From positions 222,031 through 286,030 of the forward strand of contig MABD01000037.1 in the NCBI GenBank assembly GCA_002162955.1: 64,000 bases of DNA. The letters are read 5' to 3'. A program made the position numbers and the translations under genes. Positions within the stretch are counted from its first letter, which is position 1, and every line of letters begins with the position of its first letter. This document shows positions 30,474 to 40,889 of this stretch, one piece after another. Under the pieces are notes generated by a model, which was not told where the DNA came from, did no database searches, and saw only the letters and a program-made list of their open reading frames with translations. The DNA is from Gammaproteobacteria bacterium 45_16_T64. Lineage in GTDB: Bacteria > Pseudomonadota > Gammaproteobacteria > Pseudomonadales > Ketobacteraceae.

Positions 30474-30667
30474 ACAAGCACCGTTATATTTCTAAATGAT
30501 CGGTTTGATATTAATTATATCTAAACGATCAGTCAACATTATTCAGCCACTATATTTGACATGCGCCACCTGAGCGGTAAAATTTATAAACAATCAGTTT
30601 GAAATGGATAACACTCGTACATACCAGCAACGGGTGAAACCATGGGTAGAGGTAATAGACAGAAGCA

Positions 30668-31258
30668 ATGGGAAGAAATAAGACATTTGATCCGGATGAC
30701 GTATTAGATAAAGCCATGAACCTGTTTTGGCAACAAGGTTATGAAGCAACGTCGATGAGCCAACTAGAAAAGGCCTTGGGAATCAATAAGTTCAGTATCT
30801 ACAACAGCTTTGGCAACAAACATACGCTATTTCTGCAGGCACTGACACGGTACCGGGAGCAGCGATTCGGACTCATGATGCTATGTTTAACGCAGAATAA
30901 TCAGGGCCTTAGCAATATCGAGTTGTTTTTTAACACCTTGCTTATGTTTCTCGGCAGCCAAGACAACAATATCGGCTGCTTTATGACGAACACTAGCCTG
31001 GAATTGAGCCACAAAGACCCAGAAGCAAAACAGCAAGTATTGCTCACCTACGGCATGCTAGAAGACGGTTTTTACCAGTGTTTGCAAATCGCGCAGAAAA
31101 AACAAGACATCTCGCCCCAGCTGCATTTACAGGATACCGCTCGCTTTCTACTGACCAGTGCTCAAGGGTTACTCACGTTGGGTAAATGCACTGAAGATAA
31201 CCGCATATTGCAAAGCAGCGTACGCTTTATACTTGCCAGTTTGAAGAGCCGCAGCTAA
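30668..31258 (+). CDS. TetR-family transcriptional regulator.
   Basis: HTH in the first 50 aa (SMSQLEKALGINKFSIYNSFGNKHTLF). Confidence 0.7.
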   Translation: MGRNKTFDPDDVLDKAMNLFWQQGYEATSMSQLEKALGINKFSIYNSFGNKHTLFLQALTRYREQRFGLMMLCLTQNNQGLSNIELFFNTLLMFLGSQDNNIGCFMTNTSLELSHKDPEAKQQVLLTYGMLEDGFYQCLQIAQKKQDISPQLHLQDTARFLLTSAQGLLTLGKCTEDNRILQSSVRFILASLKSRS

Positions 31259-31288
31259 GTGCCGCTCTTCAAACCATGCATGCGTGAA

Positions 31289-32713
31289 TTAGCGCTTGCT
31301 TCCTTTCTCTTGTGACATATCCCTGTCATAACTCAAACGCTGCGCAGCATCCAAGGTTAACATTTGCATAAATGCTTTCACCTCTCCGTCGCCACCCACC
31401 GGTACAGAGCCACCACTTGCCCCAAACACATTCGTAGGCACGCTACGCTTCGCATAGGCTTGCGACCACAATTGATGAATTTTGATTTCAGCATCCAACT
31501 TTTGCGCTAACGCATTATCCGCTTTTAGAATGACGCGCTTTTGATACGCCTCTGCATCCGCTAACGTTTGCTTCGTTTCCGCTTCGATACGGGCTTTTTC
31601 AAGATTAATTTGCGCAGTTTCCTTAGAAATATGGGCCTGCTCTTTGAACTTAAGCGCTTCCGTAATCGCTAGCTGCTTTTCCGTTTCAGCTTCAGTGGTA
31701 CGTTGGATTTGAGTCACCTTCGCTTGCGCCTGACGCTGCGCCACTTCACGCTCACCTTTCGCGATGGCCAACAAACGCTGCTCTTCTTCCTGGATACGCT
31801 GCTCTCGAGCGATAGCACGATCTGCCGACGCTTTTTGTTTTAACCGCATTCGTTCAACAAATTTGGTATTAGGCCGCATATCGGTCACCCGAGCATCAAT
31901 CACTGAGACCCCGTAGTTGGTAAACTTTTGTAGCTTGCGTAAAGGTACTCCAGCTTCGTCAACCCTCTTAATCACCTCAAAGGTCACTTTTACATCCTCT
32001 CCATACTCCTCTTGATCCCTTCCCAACGCAGCATTAGCAGAACCTAATCGCTTCTTTGTCACTCGGGTAATCACCTCTTCCCGATGAACCACGTACATAC
32101 CTCCGCTCATCTGCTTTTCAAACTCAGAATTAAACTCGGTACGTCCACCAGAGTAGTATTCCTCTGCACTCATTAACGACCCTGTCGATTGCAGCGTCTC
32201 TTTAAACGCTGGAATTAACGCAGTACGTAGCAGATTCTCAGGAGAGCGATACTCATGGGCCATCTTCAAAAAGGACTCTTGATCCAACGGCATTGAAAAT
32301 CGTACCGATGCCTCCGCATTAGCATCAACCTGATCCAAGAAAATAATATTCATCGAGCCTAAATTGGCACTGGTTTCAGAAGACTCTTTCTCCGCATGCA
32401 TCGACGCCTTCCCCCCTTGTGCTTGCACTGTCATTGCCCGTTTCCATGAGTTATAACGCCCAAATAGGTGCACGTTATACCCTACATCGCTCACGACCTT
32501 TTCAACACCAGCGATAGTACGCACATGATATATATAACCCGGCTCAGCATAGAACCAGATTTTATTAAACAAGCCAAATGCAAACCCCACCACGGAGATC
32601 ATGATTAACAGTAACTTGAGCGGCCCTGCGGCTTCTTCTTTTCCTTTAGAGAAACTCACAAATATTAATCCTATAAACGCCAAACATCCCACTAACAACC
32701 CGATGGTCGCCAT
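31289..32713 (-). CDS. Flotillin-like SPFH/band-7 protein (YqiK family).
   Basis: N-terminal TM, an SPFH domain, then a long EA-rich coiled coil (REQRIQEEEQRLLAIAKGEREVAQRQAQAKV...). 474 aa. Confidence 0.7.
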   Translation of the reverse strand: MATIGLLVGCLAFIGLIFVSFSKGKEEAAGPLKLLLIMISVVGFAFGLFNKIWFYAEPGYIYHVRTIAGVEKVVSDVGYNVHLFGRYNSWKRAMTVQAQGGKASMHAEKESSETSANLGSMNIIFLDQVDANAEASVRFSMPLDQESFLKMAHEYRSPENLLRTALIPAFKETLQSTGSLMSAEEYYSGGRTEFNSEFEKQMSGGMYVVHREEVITRVTKKRLGSANAALGRDQEEYGEDVKVTFEVIKRVDEAGVPLRKLQKFTNYGVSVIDARVTDMRPNTKFVERMRLKQKASADRAIAREQRIQEEEQRLLAIAKGEREVAQRQAQAKVTQIQRTTEAETEKQLAITEALKFKEQAHISKETAQINLEKARIEAETKQTLADAEAYQKRVILKADNALAQKLDAEIKIHQLWSQAYAKRSVPTNVFGASGGSVPVGGDGEVKAFMQMLTLDAAQRLSYDRDMSQEKGSKR

Positions 32714-32898
32714 ATACTACTCCTTTTAATATACATACTATTGAATCCGCCGCTCCATGATACCCAACTCATTTAGGGAAATACAATGAGAGCCGATTAG
32801 CGATGCTATCCTATCACCGCTACAAAAATTTACTCACGGAAATGGGAGAGTTTGCTATATTAAAAGAGTCTATTCTGATTGATTCCTAACGAATTTTT

Positions 32899-34155
32899 AT
32901 GGCCGATTTTGAGCAGGACCTACAGAAGTATCGGCGGCAAATGGATATCGGTTTTAGGAACCTATCCTTCCCCCCCGAGATGGAAGCTGAGTACATATCG
33001 CAGTATTTCGAACGCAACATTGCTAAGCAACGCACCGCTCTGTGGGTGTCGTCCATCCTTGTACTCATGTTAACGCCATTTGACCTTTTTCTGCTATCAG
33101 GCAAACCTCAAGAATTTTACACGTTAATTCGTGTTGGCATGGTCATTCCACTGCTGGTGGTCGCTTATATCTGCACATACATTGATGTATTCCAACGGCA
33201 TTTCCAAGCACTGGCATTTCTAATGGTGCTTTTCATTGGCTTATCAACCAACCTCTGCGTCGCCTACGCCGCCAAACTGGGGCAGACGCTTCCCGCCCAA
33301 GGACTCATACTGATCATTTTTGTAGGCTTCTTATTGGCTGGCCTACGCTTTCGACATTCACTATCATCCGCTTGCATTCTCTTTATAAGCTATTGTTTAC
33401 TCGCAATTTTCTATATGCCGAGGCATCCTCTCTGGATTCATGAAATCATATTTATATTTGGCAGCTGCTTGATTGGCGGTGCATCCGCATTTACCTTGGA
33501 ATATCAATCCAGGCTTGGTTTTTTGCAAAAAGGTGCACTGAGGTCTGCCGCTAAGATTGACCCTCTTACCAACCTCCTGAACAGAGGCGCAATTAACCAG
33601 CAACTTGAGATCATCATGGATTACGCATTTCGCGAGAAAAAATTCATCACCATGGTCCTGCTAGATGTCGATTACTTCAAACGTTATAACGATAATTATG
33701 GCCACTTAGCGGGGGATGCCTGCCTTATCGAAGTGGCAAAGGCGCTATCAAAAGGCTGCCGCCGCTCGCTGGACTTTGCTGGCCGCTACGGGGGGGAAGA
33801 ATTTATCTTGGTATGGTTTGATACTAAACCCGAAGAAATGGACAGATTAAGTACGCTTATTTCTAGCCAAATTGAAGCGTTGAATATTCCCCATGAAAAA
33901 TCCAAGGTCGCTGAATACATTACGTTATCAGGCGGCATGGTCACCGGTATTCCCTCGGAAGCACTCACGTCCAACGTATACATCCAGAAAGCCGACGACC
34001 TGCTATATGAATCCAAAAATCGCGGCCGCAGCCGTATTTTGTGCTACACCTTCCCAGCAGAGTTGTCGGAGCTTACGCAAGCATCCAACACACCATCGTG
34101 CAACGACCAGTCTTCAGCCAAGATACCCGTTAGTAGTAACGAAATCCCCCAATAA
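32899..34155 (+). CDS. Membrane diguanylate cyclase (multi-TM sensor + GGDEF).
   Basis: About 6 TM, then GGDEF with an intact active site (RYGGEEFILV) and a characteristic DVDYFKRYNDNYGHLAGD. Confidence 0.8.
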   Translation: MADFEQDLQKYRRQMDIGFRNLSFPPEMEAEYISQYFERNIAKQRTALWVSSILVLMLTPFDLFLLSGKPQEFYTLIRVGMVIPLLVVAYICTYIDVFQRHFQALAFLMVLFIGLSTNLCVAYAAKLGQTLPAQGLILIIFVGFLLAGLRFRHSLSSACILFISYCLLAIFYMPRHPLWIHEIIFIFGSCLIGGASAFTLEYQSRLGFLQKGALRSAAKIDPLTNLLNRGAINQQLEIIMDYAFREKKFITMVLLDVDYFKRYNDNYGHLAGDACLIEVAKALSKGCRRSLDFAGRYGGEEFILVWFDTKPEEMDRLSTLISSQIEALNIPHEKSKVAEYITLSGGMVTGIPSEALTSNVYIQKADDLLYESKNRGRSRILCYTFPAELSELTQASNTPSCNDQSSAKIPVSSNEIPQ

Positions 34156-34256
34156 GTTCCGACCTAGCAAGCTTTAGAATACCCACTATACTAAAGTTAA
34201 TTTTCTTGATTAGGTGAAGAACACTGTCCTGCCTTCGAGTTATTCTACAACCCGTC

Positions 34257-36200
34257 ATTGGGCAAATACCTAGCGCGCCGCTACTGCTGGCTATACTGAT
34301 ATTTTATAGCACCCAGAGCTTTGGTATCGGTACACTTCCACTGTCCTCAAGCCAAAGTAAATATATTCTATCTCCCTATATAGAATATTTTGAAGACCCC
34401 AGTAATGAAATCGATCTTCATGATCTACTCTACCCTGCGGCGGGGATCACCTGGAAAAATAACGAAGAGAATAGTGACACCATCAATTTTGGCTACACGG
34501 CATCAACCTATTGGGTTCGACTTGATGTAACCAACCCAAGCCAAGAGCTAGACGAACGTTACCTCGAAATTGCTTACGCTGTATTAGATCACGTTAATCT
34601 TTACATACTTTCAGACGGGCAACTTCCCAAAAGCATTGAGTTGGGCGATAAAATACCGTTCAAATACCGTCCCCTCAACCATCGTAACTACGTTGTCCCG
34701 ATCACTTGGAAACCTCAACAAACCATTAGTATCTATATTCAAGTAAAAACCAGCAGCTCTATGCAGATCCCGTTACTGCTTTGGAAAACAAAAACCTTTA
34801 TCGAGGCTACCCAAGGGGAGCTTCTCGGCTTGGGTATGTACTACGGCAGTATGCTGGTAATGGTGCTATACAACCTCTTTGTATTCTTATCCGTACGGGA
34901 GAGAAACTACTTATATTACGTATTATTTGTCGGTTCTTCTGCATTATTTATCGCAAGCCTAAACGGGATTAGCTTTCAGTTTCTCTGGCCTAACGCTACA
35001 CGCTGGAATGACCAAGCCATTATTATTTTTCTACTGGGTATAGTGCTATTTGGTTCGTTATTTACTCGAGATTTTTTACAGCTAAGAATAGCTATCCCAT
35101 TACTTTCACGAATAGCGAATATCATCGCAGTCATGACACTGGGTAGCATGGTGCTTACTGCATTTCTGCCTTATTCAACCATGATTATGGCTTCCATCGT
35201 GATAGCAGTCATCGCGATTGGATTGTCAATCACTGCAGGTACAATGCGTTGGGCGGAAGGTGATACCTCAGCAAGATACTATACCGTTGCCTGGTTTTCA
35301 TTATTGGTTGGCGGCGTAATATTGGCACTCAATAAAATAGACATTCTACCGCGAAACTTCATTACTGAAAATGCAACACAAATAGGATCGGCCCTAGAAG
35401 TCATCCTGCTTTCATTTGCCCTTGCTGATCGATTAAACGTAGAAAAGAAAAAACGCTTCGAAGCCCAGGTCAACGCATTAGAACATGAAAAAGTCGCCCG
35501 CATCGCCCAAACCGAAGCCCTCAGCCAAGAAAAAAATGCACGCCATGCTCAAGAAAAAGCGCTAGAACATGAACGAGAAGCCAGAGAAGCACAAGCCAGC
35601 GCGCTGGAGATCCAGCGTAGAGCCAATGAAACATTAGAGCGACGGGTAAAAGAACGCACCAACGAACTGGAGCAAGCCAACAAACAACTGGAAAACCTAT
35701 CCCTTACCGATGGTCTAACCGGCATTCGCAATCGACGCTATCTTAACAAAGCACTATCCAGCGAATTCAGCAGAGCCTACAGAGAGAAAGAACCCCTTGG
35801 CATATTGCTTATCGACATTGATTTTTTCAAAAATTTTAATGATCAGTACGGACACTTAATTGGAGACGACTGCCTGCGACAAGTCGCATCAACTATCAGC
35901 ATGCAAACCCATCGAGATAATGATGTTGTCGCTCGATTTGGTGGCGAAGAGTTTTGTTTACTGCTACCCAATACTGATACAGATGGCAGCTTGCATGTGG
36001 CCGAACAAGTTCGCCAAAGCGTCGAAGCCATTCGTTTTATTGTTGATGACAAGCACGTTGCAATCACCATTAGCATTGGTGTCACCTCCCTAATTCCCGA
36101 TACAGAAATGGAACAGGAAAAAATGGTTGCGTTAGCGGATGCAGCGCTGTACAAAGCCAAAGAAAACGGCCGTAACCAAGTGATGCTATGCAATACCTAA
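34257..36200 (+). CDS. 7TMR-DISM-sensor diguanylate cyclase (DISMED2 + 7TM + coiled coil + GGDEF). The start is uncertain: the ORF track begins at 34641, but the frame is open back to 34209.
   Basis: My translation of 34209..34640 in frame gives a signal peptide (APLLLAILIFYSTQSFG) and a DISMED2-like domain continuous with the 7TM region. No in-frame ATG; TTG at 34257 is the candidate start. GGDEF is RFGGEEFCLLL. Confidence 0.7.
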   Translation: MGQIPSAPLLLAILIFYSTQSFGIGTLPLSSSQSKYILSPYIEYFEDPSNEIDLHDLLYPAAGITWKNNEENSDTINFGYTASTYWVRLDVTNPSQELDERYLEIAYAVLDHVNLYILSDGQLPKSIELGDKIPFKYRPLNHRNYVVPITWKPQQTISIYIQVKTSSSMQIPLLLWKTKTFIEATQGELLGLGMYYGSMLVMVLYNLFVFLSVRERNYLYYVLFVGSSALFIASLNGISFQFLWPNATRWNDQAIIIFLLGIVLFGSLFTRDFLQLRIAIPLLSRIANIIAVMTLGSMVLTAFLPYSTMIMASIVIAVIAIGLSITAGTMRWAEGDTSARYYTVAWFSLLVGGVILALNKIDILPRNFITENATQIGSALEVILLSFALADRLNVEKKKRFEAQVNALEHEKVARIAQTEALSQEKNARHAQEKALEHEREAREAQASALEIQRRANETLERRVKERTNELEQANKQLENLSLTDGLTGIRNRRYLNKALSSEFSRAYREKEPLGILLIDIDFFKNFNDQYGHLIGDDCLRQVASTISMQTHRDNDVVARFGGEEFCLLLPNTDTDGSLHVAEQVRQSVEAIRFIVDDKHVAITISIGVTSLIPDTEMEQEKMVALADAALYKAKENGRNQVMLCNT

Positions 36201-36224
36201 ACCGTAGGTTCACTCGCTGAAAAT

Positions 36225-36256
36225 AAAAAAGGTCGCTCATGCGACCTTTTTTATTG
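36225..36256. terminator. Bidirectional Rho-independent terminator between convergent genes.
   Basis: aaaaaaGGTCGCtcatGCGACCtttttt: a perfect 6 bp GC-rich stem flanked by A and T tracts. Confidence 0.65.
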
Positions 36257-36288
36257 CTACCTTTTGTTAGTATTAAATATTCGTGCAA

Positions 36289-38694
36289 CTAGCCGGCGAT
36301 CGTAAAAGCTTCCTCTGCACAGTCACTGCTTTCCGCTAACTCAGCATCTCTAGCACAAACTTCCAACGAGTGGTCTCCCGTTAATACACGGTATAACGTT
36401 ACATCATCACGCTGTTTCCATGTAGACCAGGCACCACCATCAAGACGGTAACGCGTTTGCACAGACTCTCCATCTTCATCAGACCCGGCCACGCTAAAGG
36501 TCACTTGTTCCCCAGAAGTAACAGTACTACTGCCCAATGACACCCGCATCGCCGACATGGTGTCAGCACCGGAGGCAGATAGATCCGCAGAGGCCGTTAC
36601 CAGTGACGATGCCTGCACGCCAGACACCATATTACCGGCAAGCCCTAGATATCCAGAATTTGCTTGCCATAATTCAACAGGCGCAAAGGTATACCCTTCG
36701 ATCGTAGGTATTGCGATGGACGCGATGCCTTCAGCCAGATAAGGCATCACATTAGGTAGGACCCAGTCAACTAGCGAAGTCGCTTGATCCGTGCTTAGAG
36801 TTAGGCCTAATACATTCATGCTCAATACAGAGAATGTCGGCAAGGTTTCAATAGCGACATCTAATTTACTATCACCACTGACTCCCACGCTAACCGGTAC
36901 CGACGCATTCACCGTAGTTTCGAATAACATGGATGAAGTGTCACTACCTGCGGGCTTGAGACTCACAACCAACGTCATATCTTGGATCGCTAGGCTCAAC
37001 AGCTCACCACTTCCAGTCAACGTCACTGCAGGAGCAGACGCCGGCGAGACTGCGACAGAAATCTGATCTTCACCTGCCAATGCGTCACCGAGAACTTCGG
37101 ACAAATCCGTAGCACTATACACAAGCTCATCCACATTCATCACACCGGCTTCAAAAGCCGCCAATAACGCTCGATTAAGAATGTTATTTGATACCACAGC
37201 ACCTACATGAAAACTGCTGCCATCAGGTGTTGTGGAGAAACCCAGTGAAGGCATAGCAGTGCTATCGTACAATGAACCTAACCCCGTACTCTCTATTGTT
37301 TCCGCATGAGCTCCCGTATTCACCACGGCCGTCAATGCACCACTACTGCCACTAAAGCTATCCACCTCACCTTCAATCACAAGGTTCTTGCCGAGAATCG
37401 CCACTGTTGCCCCTGTTGGTACCAGTTGGGTATATTGCTCAAGCAAATCAGGTAGCATGCTGCCGAGCTGGCTCTCTAATTGATCTTCCACCACGCCATT
37501 AATCGCGTCTTTGACTGTGTTGGTAAGACCGCCTAATCCAATAACATCCAATACGGTATCAACGGTGTTCAGTGCACTCTCTAGAGCACCAAGATCAATA
37601 TCCAAATTGATGTTCATGCTTTGTAGTGTCGCCGCCACGCCACCATCATTCGCGCTGTCTAATGCTAAACTCGCAGCAGCGGTAACATCATCAGCGGTCA
37701 CCGTCACATCAAACAACCCATAATCAATACCGGGAGTATGCGCGTCTGGATCAAGCCCAATGCTAATAGAATCTAACGTTGCAGTAACATCCACCACATT
37801 AGAGTTATTTCTAGGTACCACCTCTAAGCTTATAGTACCCAATGATAGCCACTCAGCATTCACTCGAACCCAAACAGAACCTAAGCTCACGCAGATCCCC
37901 CAAACACATTCTTTGAGTTCCTTGCTTTCATATACTAACGGATTTTGTGCCAGCAACACGGATTCCAAGTCAATGGTACTAATAACGGCAACCGCTTCGT
38001 CTTCAATAAAGTTAAGGCCACTATCATTAATTCTTGCGCCGATACCTGATTTTAATGAAGCGCTATCCCCTAGCACTTTATCATTAATGTCATCACTCAC
38101 TTCAATATCAGTAGTACTGCTAAAACCAAACGAATCCTCTGCGCTGAATGACAAACGGGCCGAATCAGAGAAATTGGCAGTATTACTATTGGATCCCCAG
38201 GTGAAGGTTTTATCTTCCGCCACGGCAATGGTTTCTGAACCATTTAAGCTTATCTCCGTCACCGCAGAATAATCTTCAATGTAACCGCTATAGCTCACTA
38301 CCGCTGGACCACAATCTCCACAGGTTTCAACAGAGGTAATATGGACCACTGGACCACTGATATCCCAAATAAAATCCACGCTATGCTCTTCCGGTGCGCT
38401 TACCGCCATATCATTTTCACCATCAACAAGAGAAGCACTTAGATCCGCTAGGGTCGCTACAGCCTCGGTATCACCGACCACAAACTGACTGGTTACATCA
38501 GCACCGTTGAGCAATAACACCAGCTCACTGGTCTCAATACCGCTATAGGTAATAGTCACTTGTGTATCAGAGGTCGACGTACTGTAGACGCCATTTTCAT
38601 CGGGTGACGTGATAGAAATTTTATCACCACCACAACCCACGAGAGAGAGGATCACCACCCCTGCGGACAATGGTTTGTATATCGCATTAAACAT
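36289..38694 (-). CDS. Large (801 aa) surface/secreted lipoprotein, possibly an adhesin.
   Basis: Lipobox LSLVGCGG. Ser/Thr/Asp/Val-rich and low-complexity beta-rich composition. No enzymatic motif recognised. Confidence 0.5.
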   Translation of the reverse strand: MFNAIYKPLSAGVVILSLVGCGGDKISITSPDENGVYSTSTSDTQVTITYSGIETSELVLLLNGADVTSQFVVGDTEAVATLADLSASLVDGENDMAVSAPEEHSVDFIWDISGPVVHITSVETCGDCGPAVVSYSGYIEDYSAVTEISLNGSETIAVAEDKTFTWGSNSNTANFSDSARLSFSAEDSFGFSSTTDIEVSDDINDKVLGDSASLKSGIGARINDSGLNFIEDEAVAVISTIDLESVLLAQNPLVYESKELKECVWGICVSLGSVWVRVNAEWLSLGTISLEVVPRNNSNVVDVTATLDSISIGLDPDAHTPGIDYGLFDVTVTADDVTAAASLALDSANDGGVAATLQSMNINLDIDLGALESALNTVDTVLDVIGLGGLTNTVKDAINGVVEDQLESQLGSMLPDLLEQYTQLVPTGATVAILGKNLVIEGEVDSFSGSSGALTAVVNTGAHAETIESTGLGSLYDSTAMPSLGFSTTPDGSSFHVGAVVSNNILNRALLAAFEAGVMNVDELVYSATDLSEVLGDALAGEDQISVAVSPASAPAVTLTGSGELLSLAIQDMTLVVSLKPAGSDTSSMLFETTVNASVPVSVGVSGDSKLDVAIETLPTFSVLSMNVLGLTLSTDQATSLVDWVLPNVMPYLAEGIASIAIPTIEGYTFAPVELWQANSGYLGLAGNMVSGVQASSLVTASADLSASGADTMSAMRVSLGSSTVTSGEQVTFSVAGSDEDGESVQTRYRLDGGAWSTWKQRDDVTLYRVLTGDHSLEVCARDAELAESSDCAEEAFTIAG

Positions 38695-38986
38695 GCTGCA
38701 ATCTCCTGCATTATTTTTTTTGTGAGAATGCCAAGTCCTTGAATTGCCCTACTGCTACCCCAGCATTAACGCTCCATCTATTGATACCCAAAGTATTGGG
38801 GGCTCGGATATCATGGGGCAGTGCATTTCATGACAATTAATAAACATATAAGCCAATTATGTTTACTGGAAAACAAATATGGCACGGATGTGCCAGTAAA
38901 GAAAAGTAATATGTGAAGTATTTGGACAATTAGGCCTAAACTGATTATTTCTAAGGGAAAATTGGCCTAGAAGAACCTTTTCAACC

Positions 38987-39487
38987 TTAAACCCACTCAC
39001 GATCCCTAGAAATAAAATCCTTCCGGTCACGGGCCAATCCAAAACAAGCAGCCCCAACAGCAACCACAAAGGCCGCGTAGATATTCCCTCTTAATAACCC
39101 AAACACACCAACGGCCACAATCAAAACGCCCGACACCCTAAGGCCTATCGGTCCTAGAAAACCTTTCCTTGATCGTCGAGGGGAGGCAAATAACAACAGT
39201 CCTGCCATATAAATTAGGTACAGCCCGCTTAACATCAACGGTGACAGCAGACCCAGTCCGTAAATATCAAACTGCCCATCCTGAATAGGAGATCGAATCC
39301 ACACCGCGATAACTATGCGATATAGCACATAAACACCCGACACAGACAAACCTAGCGCCAAACAGACTCTTGCCCAGGGATGGCGAATCTCCGCCCGACT
39401 GTGTTTTGCCACAACATGATGTTGATGGATGAATTGCTTTAGCATGATCGACTTTCGCTCCCTGCCCTCCTCAAGATTATACGTCAC
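38987..39487 (-). CDS. Hypothetical inner-membrane protein (likely start MLKQ at about 39445).
   Basis: Three or four hydrophobic helices. 150 to 166 aa. Confidence 0.4.
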   Translation of the reverse strand: MTYNLEEGRERKSIMLKQFIHQHHVVAKHSRAEIRHPWARVCLALGLSVSGVYVLYRIVIAVWIRSPIQDGQFDIYGLGLLSPLMLSGLYLIYMAGLLLFASPRRSRKGFLGPIGLRVSGVLIVAVGVFGLLRGNIYAAFVVAVGAACFGLARDRKDFISRDREWV

Positions 39488-39569
39488 TTTTCCCCCGCAT
39501 TGCCGTCCTCACCACCGCAATGTAAAAATATCACAGGATAATTCATTATTGATGTTTATACTTTAATCG

Positions 39570-40724
39570 ATGAGTACTTATAGCCATGACATCAGCACCT
39601 ACCAACAACAATTAGAGACCGGGTTTCGCCTACTTAGGTTCCCCTCCTCATTGGAAATTGAGTATCGTGATCTGCACCGCGCCAATAACAAGGTCCGCCA
39701 ATGGGCGTCCATTGCCATCGGGTTAATAACGCTTATTTCATTGATTCCCATCGATGTTCAGGATATGCCAGAGAGGATCAAGGGGCTCTACTATTTGATC
39801 CGCGTCGCTGTTGCTATTCCACTGCTAGTCATGGTCTTCAGCTTCCACTTTATTCCGTCAATGATCCGTTTTATTCAGCCAGCGTCAGTGATGGCAATTT
39901 TGTGGATCGGGGTAGGAAATGTCGTTCTGGATGTCGCCAGTGCCCATGTTTCTTTCAACTTTGCTTACGAAGGCGTATTTATCGTGATTATGATCAGCCT
40001 CTTTATGGCCGGTTTACGCTTTCAAATCGCCTGTGTAGGGCCAATAATCATTGTGCTTTCGACCTGGGTGGCAACCCAGTATTTCCTACCGGAATCGAGG
40101 CACACCTCACTGAAGTTATTTTATATAACCGCTATTTCATTCTGCGGAATGGTCGGCGCATATACCATTGAATACCAGTTCCGAAAGAGTTTTATTCAAC
40201 ATGCCATAGTGCAACATATGGCGATAAAGGACGGTCTTACGGGATTATTTAACCGCTCCGAAGCGATGAATAAATTAAGTTTTCTATTGGATTACGCTCG
40301 CCGAGAACAGAAACCGATTACCTTATTGTTAGCCGATGTTGATCACTTCAAACTGTACAACGATCATTACGGCCATCTAAAAGGAGATGAGTGCCTTCGT
40401 TTGATTGGTCAAGCACTACAAGGTTGCTGCAAGAGGCCTTTGGATTTTGCTGCACGTATGGGGGGAGAAGAATTCTTAATGGTATGGTTTGACTCTAGTA
40501 CCGAGGACGAAGGCAACCTTTCCCAGCAGGTCCACCAAGCCATCTCTGCGCTGGCCATTCCGCACGACGCATCCAAGACAGATCCCTTAGTCACGTTATC
40601 AGCGGGGTTCTCCACCAGTATTCCCACTCATGACAACACCATTAATCAGTTAATTAATGCGGTAGACGAAGCTCTCTACCATGCAAAAAATACAGGCCGT
40701 AATAGAACCGCAGTAGCCTCCTAG
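39570..40724 (+). CDS. Membrane diguanylate cyclase, paralog of 32899..34155.
   Basis: Same N-terminal motif as the paralog (Q.QL..GFR.L.FP...E.EY vs MADFEQDLQKYRRQMDIGFRNLSFPPEMEAEY). GGDEF RMGGEEFLMV. Confidence 0.8.
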   Translation: MSTYSHDISTYQQQLETGFRLLRFPSSLEIEYRDLHRANNKVRQWASIAIGLITLISLIPIDVQDMPERIKGLYYLIRVAVAIPLLVMVFSFHFIPSMIRFIQPASVMAILWIGVGNVVLDVASAHVSFNFAYEGVFIVIMISLFMAGLRFQIACVGPIIIVLSTWVATQYFLPESRHTSLKLFYITAISFCGMVGAYTIEYQFRKSFIQHAIVQHMAIKDGLTGLFNRSEAMNKLSFLLDYARREQKPITLLLADVDHFKLYNDHYGHLKGDECLRLIGQALQGCCKRPLDFAARMGGEEFLMVWFDSSTEDEGNLSQQVHQAISALAIPHDASKTDPLVTLSAGFSTSIPTHDNTINQLINAVDEALYHAKNTGRNRTAVAS

Positions 40725-40889
40725 TAATCCGCCTGAATTCGTATGCAATCACAATGCAGCGACCTGTCGCACCTACCCACTACCCCCATCAAAACAGCGA
40801 TTACTTATATTTGCAGTTTTATTCATTTAGTGTAATGATTACTTAAATATTCATATTTTGCAAAACAAAGTAATTCACTAGAGAGACCA

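Noticed and set aside
34641-34641. Treating the TTG at 34641 as the true start of the GGDEF protein.
   Set aside because: It would delete the signal peptide and DISMED2 domain that are plainly encoded in frame upstream. See the finding on the mis-called start.
35460-35700. Apparent DNA-level repeat (gaacatgaa…gcccaa…) considered as a tandem repeat or CRISPR-like feature.
   Set aside because: It is the coding sequence of a heptad-periodic coiled coil (ALEHEKVARIAQ / ALEHEREAREAQ) inside the 7TMR-DISM GGDEF gene. There are no direct repeats with spacers.
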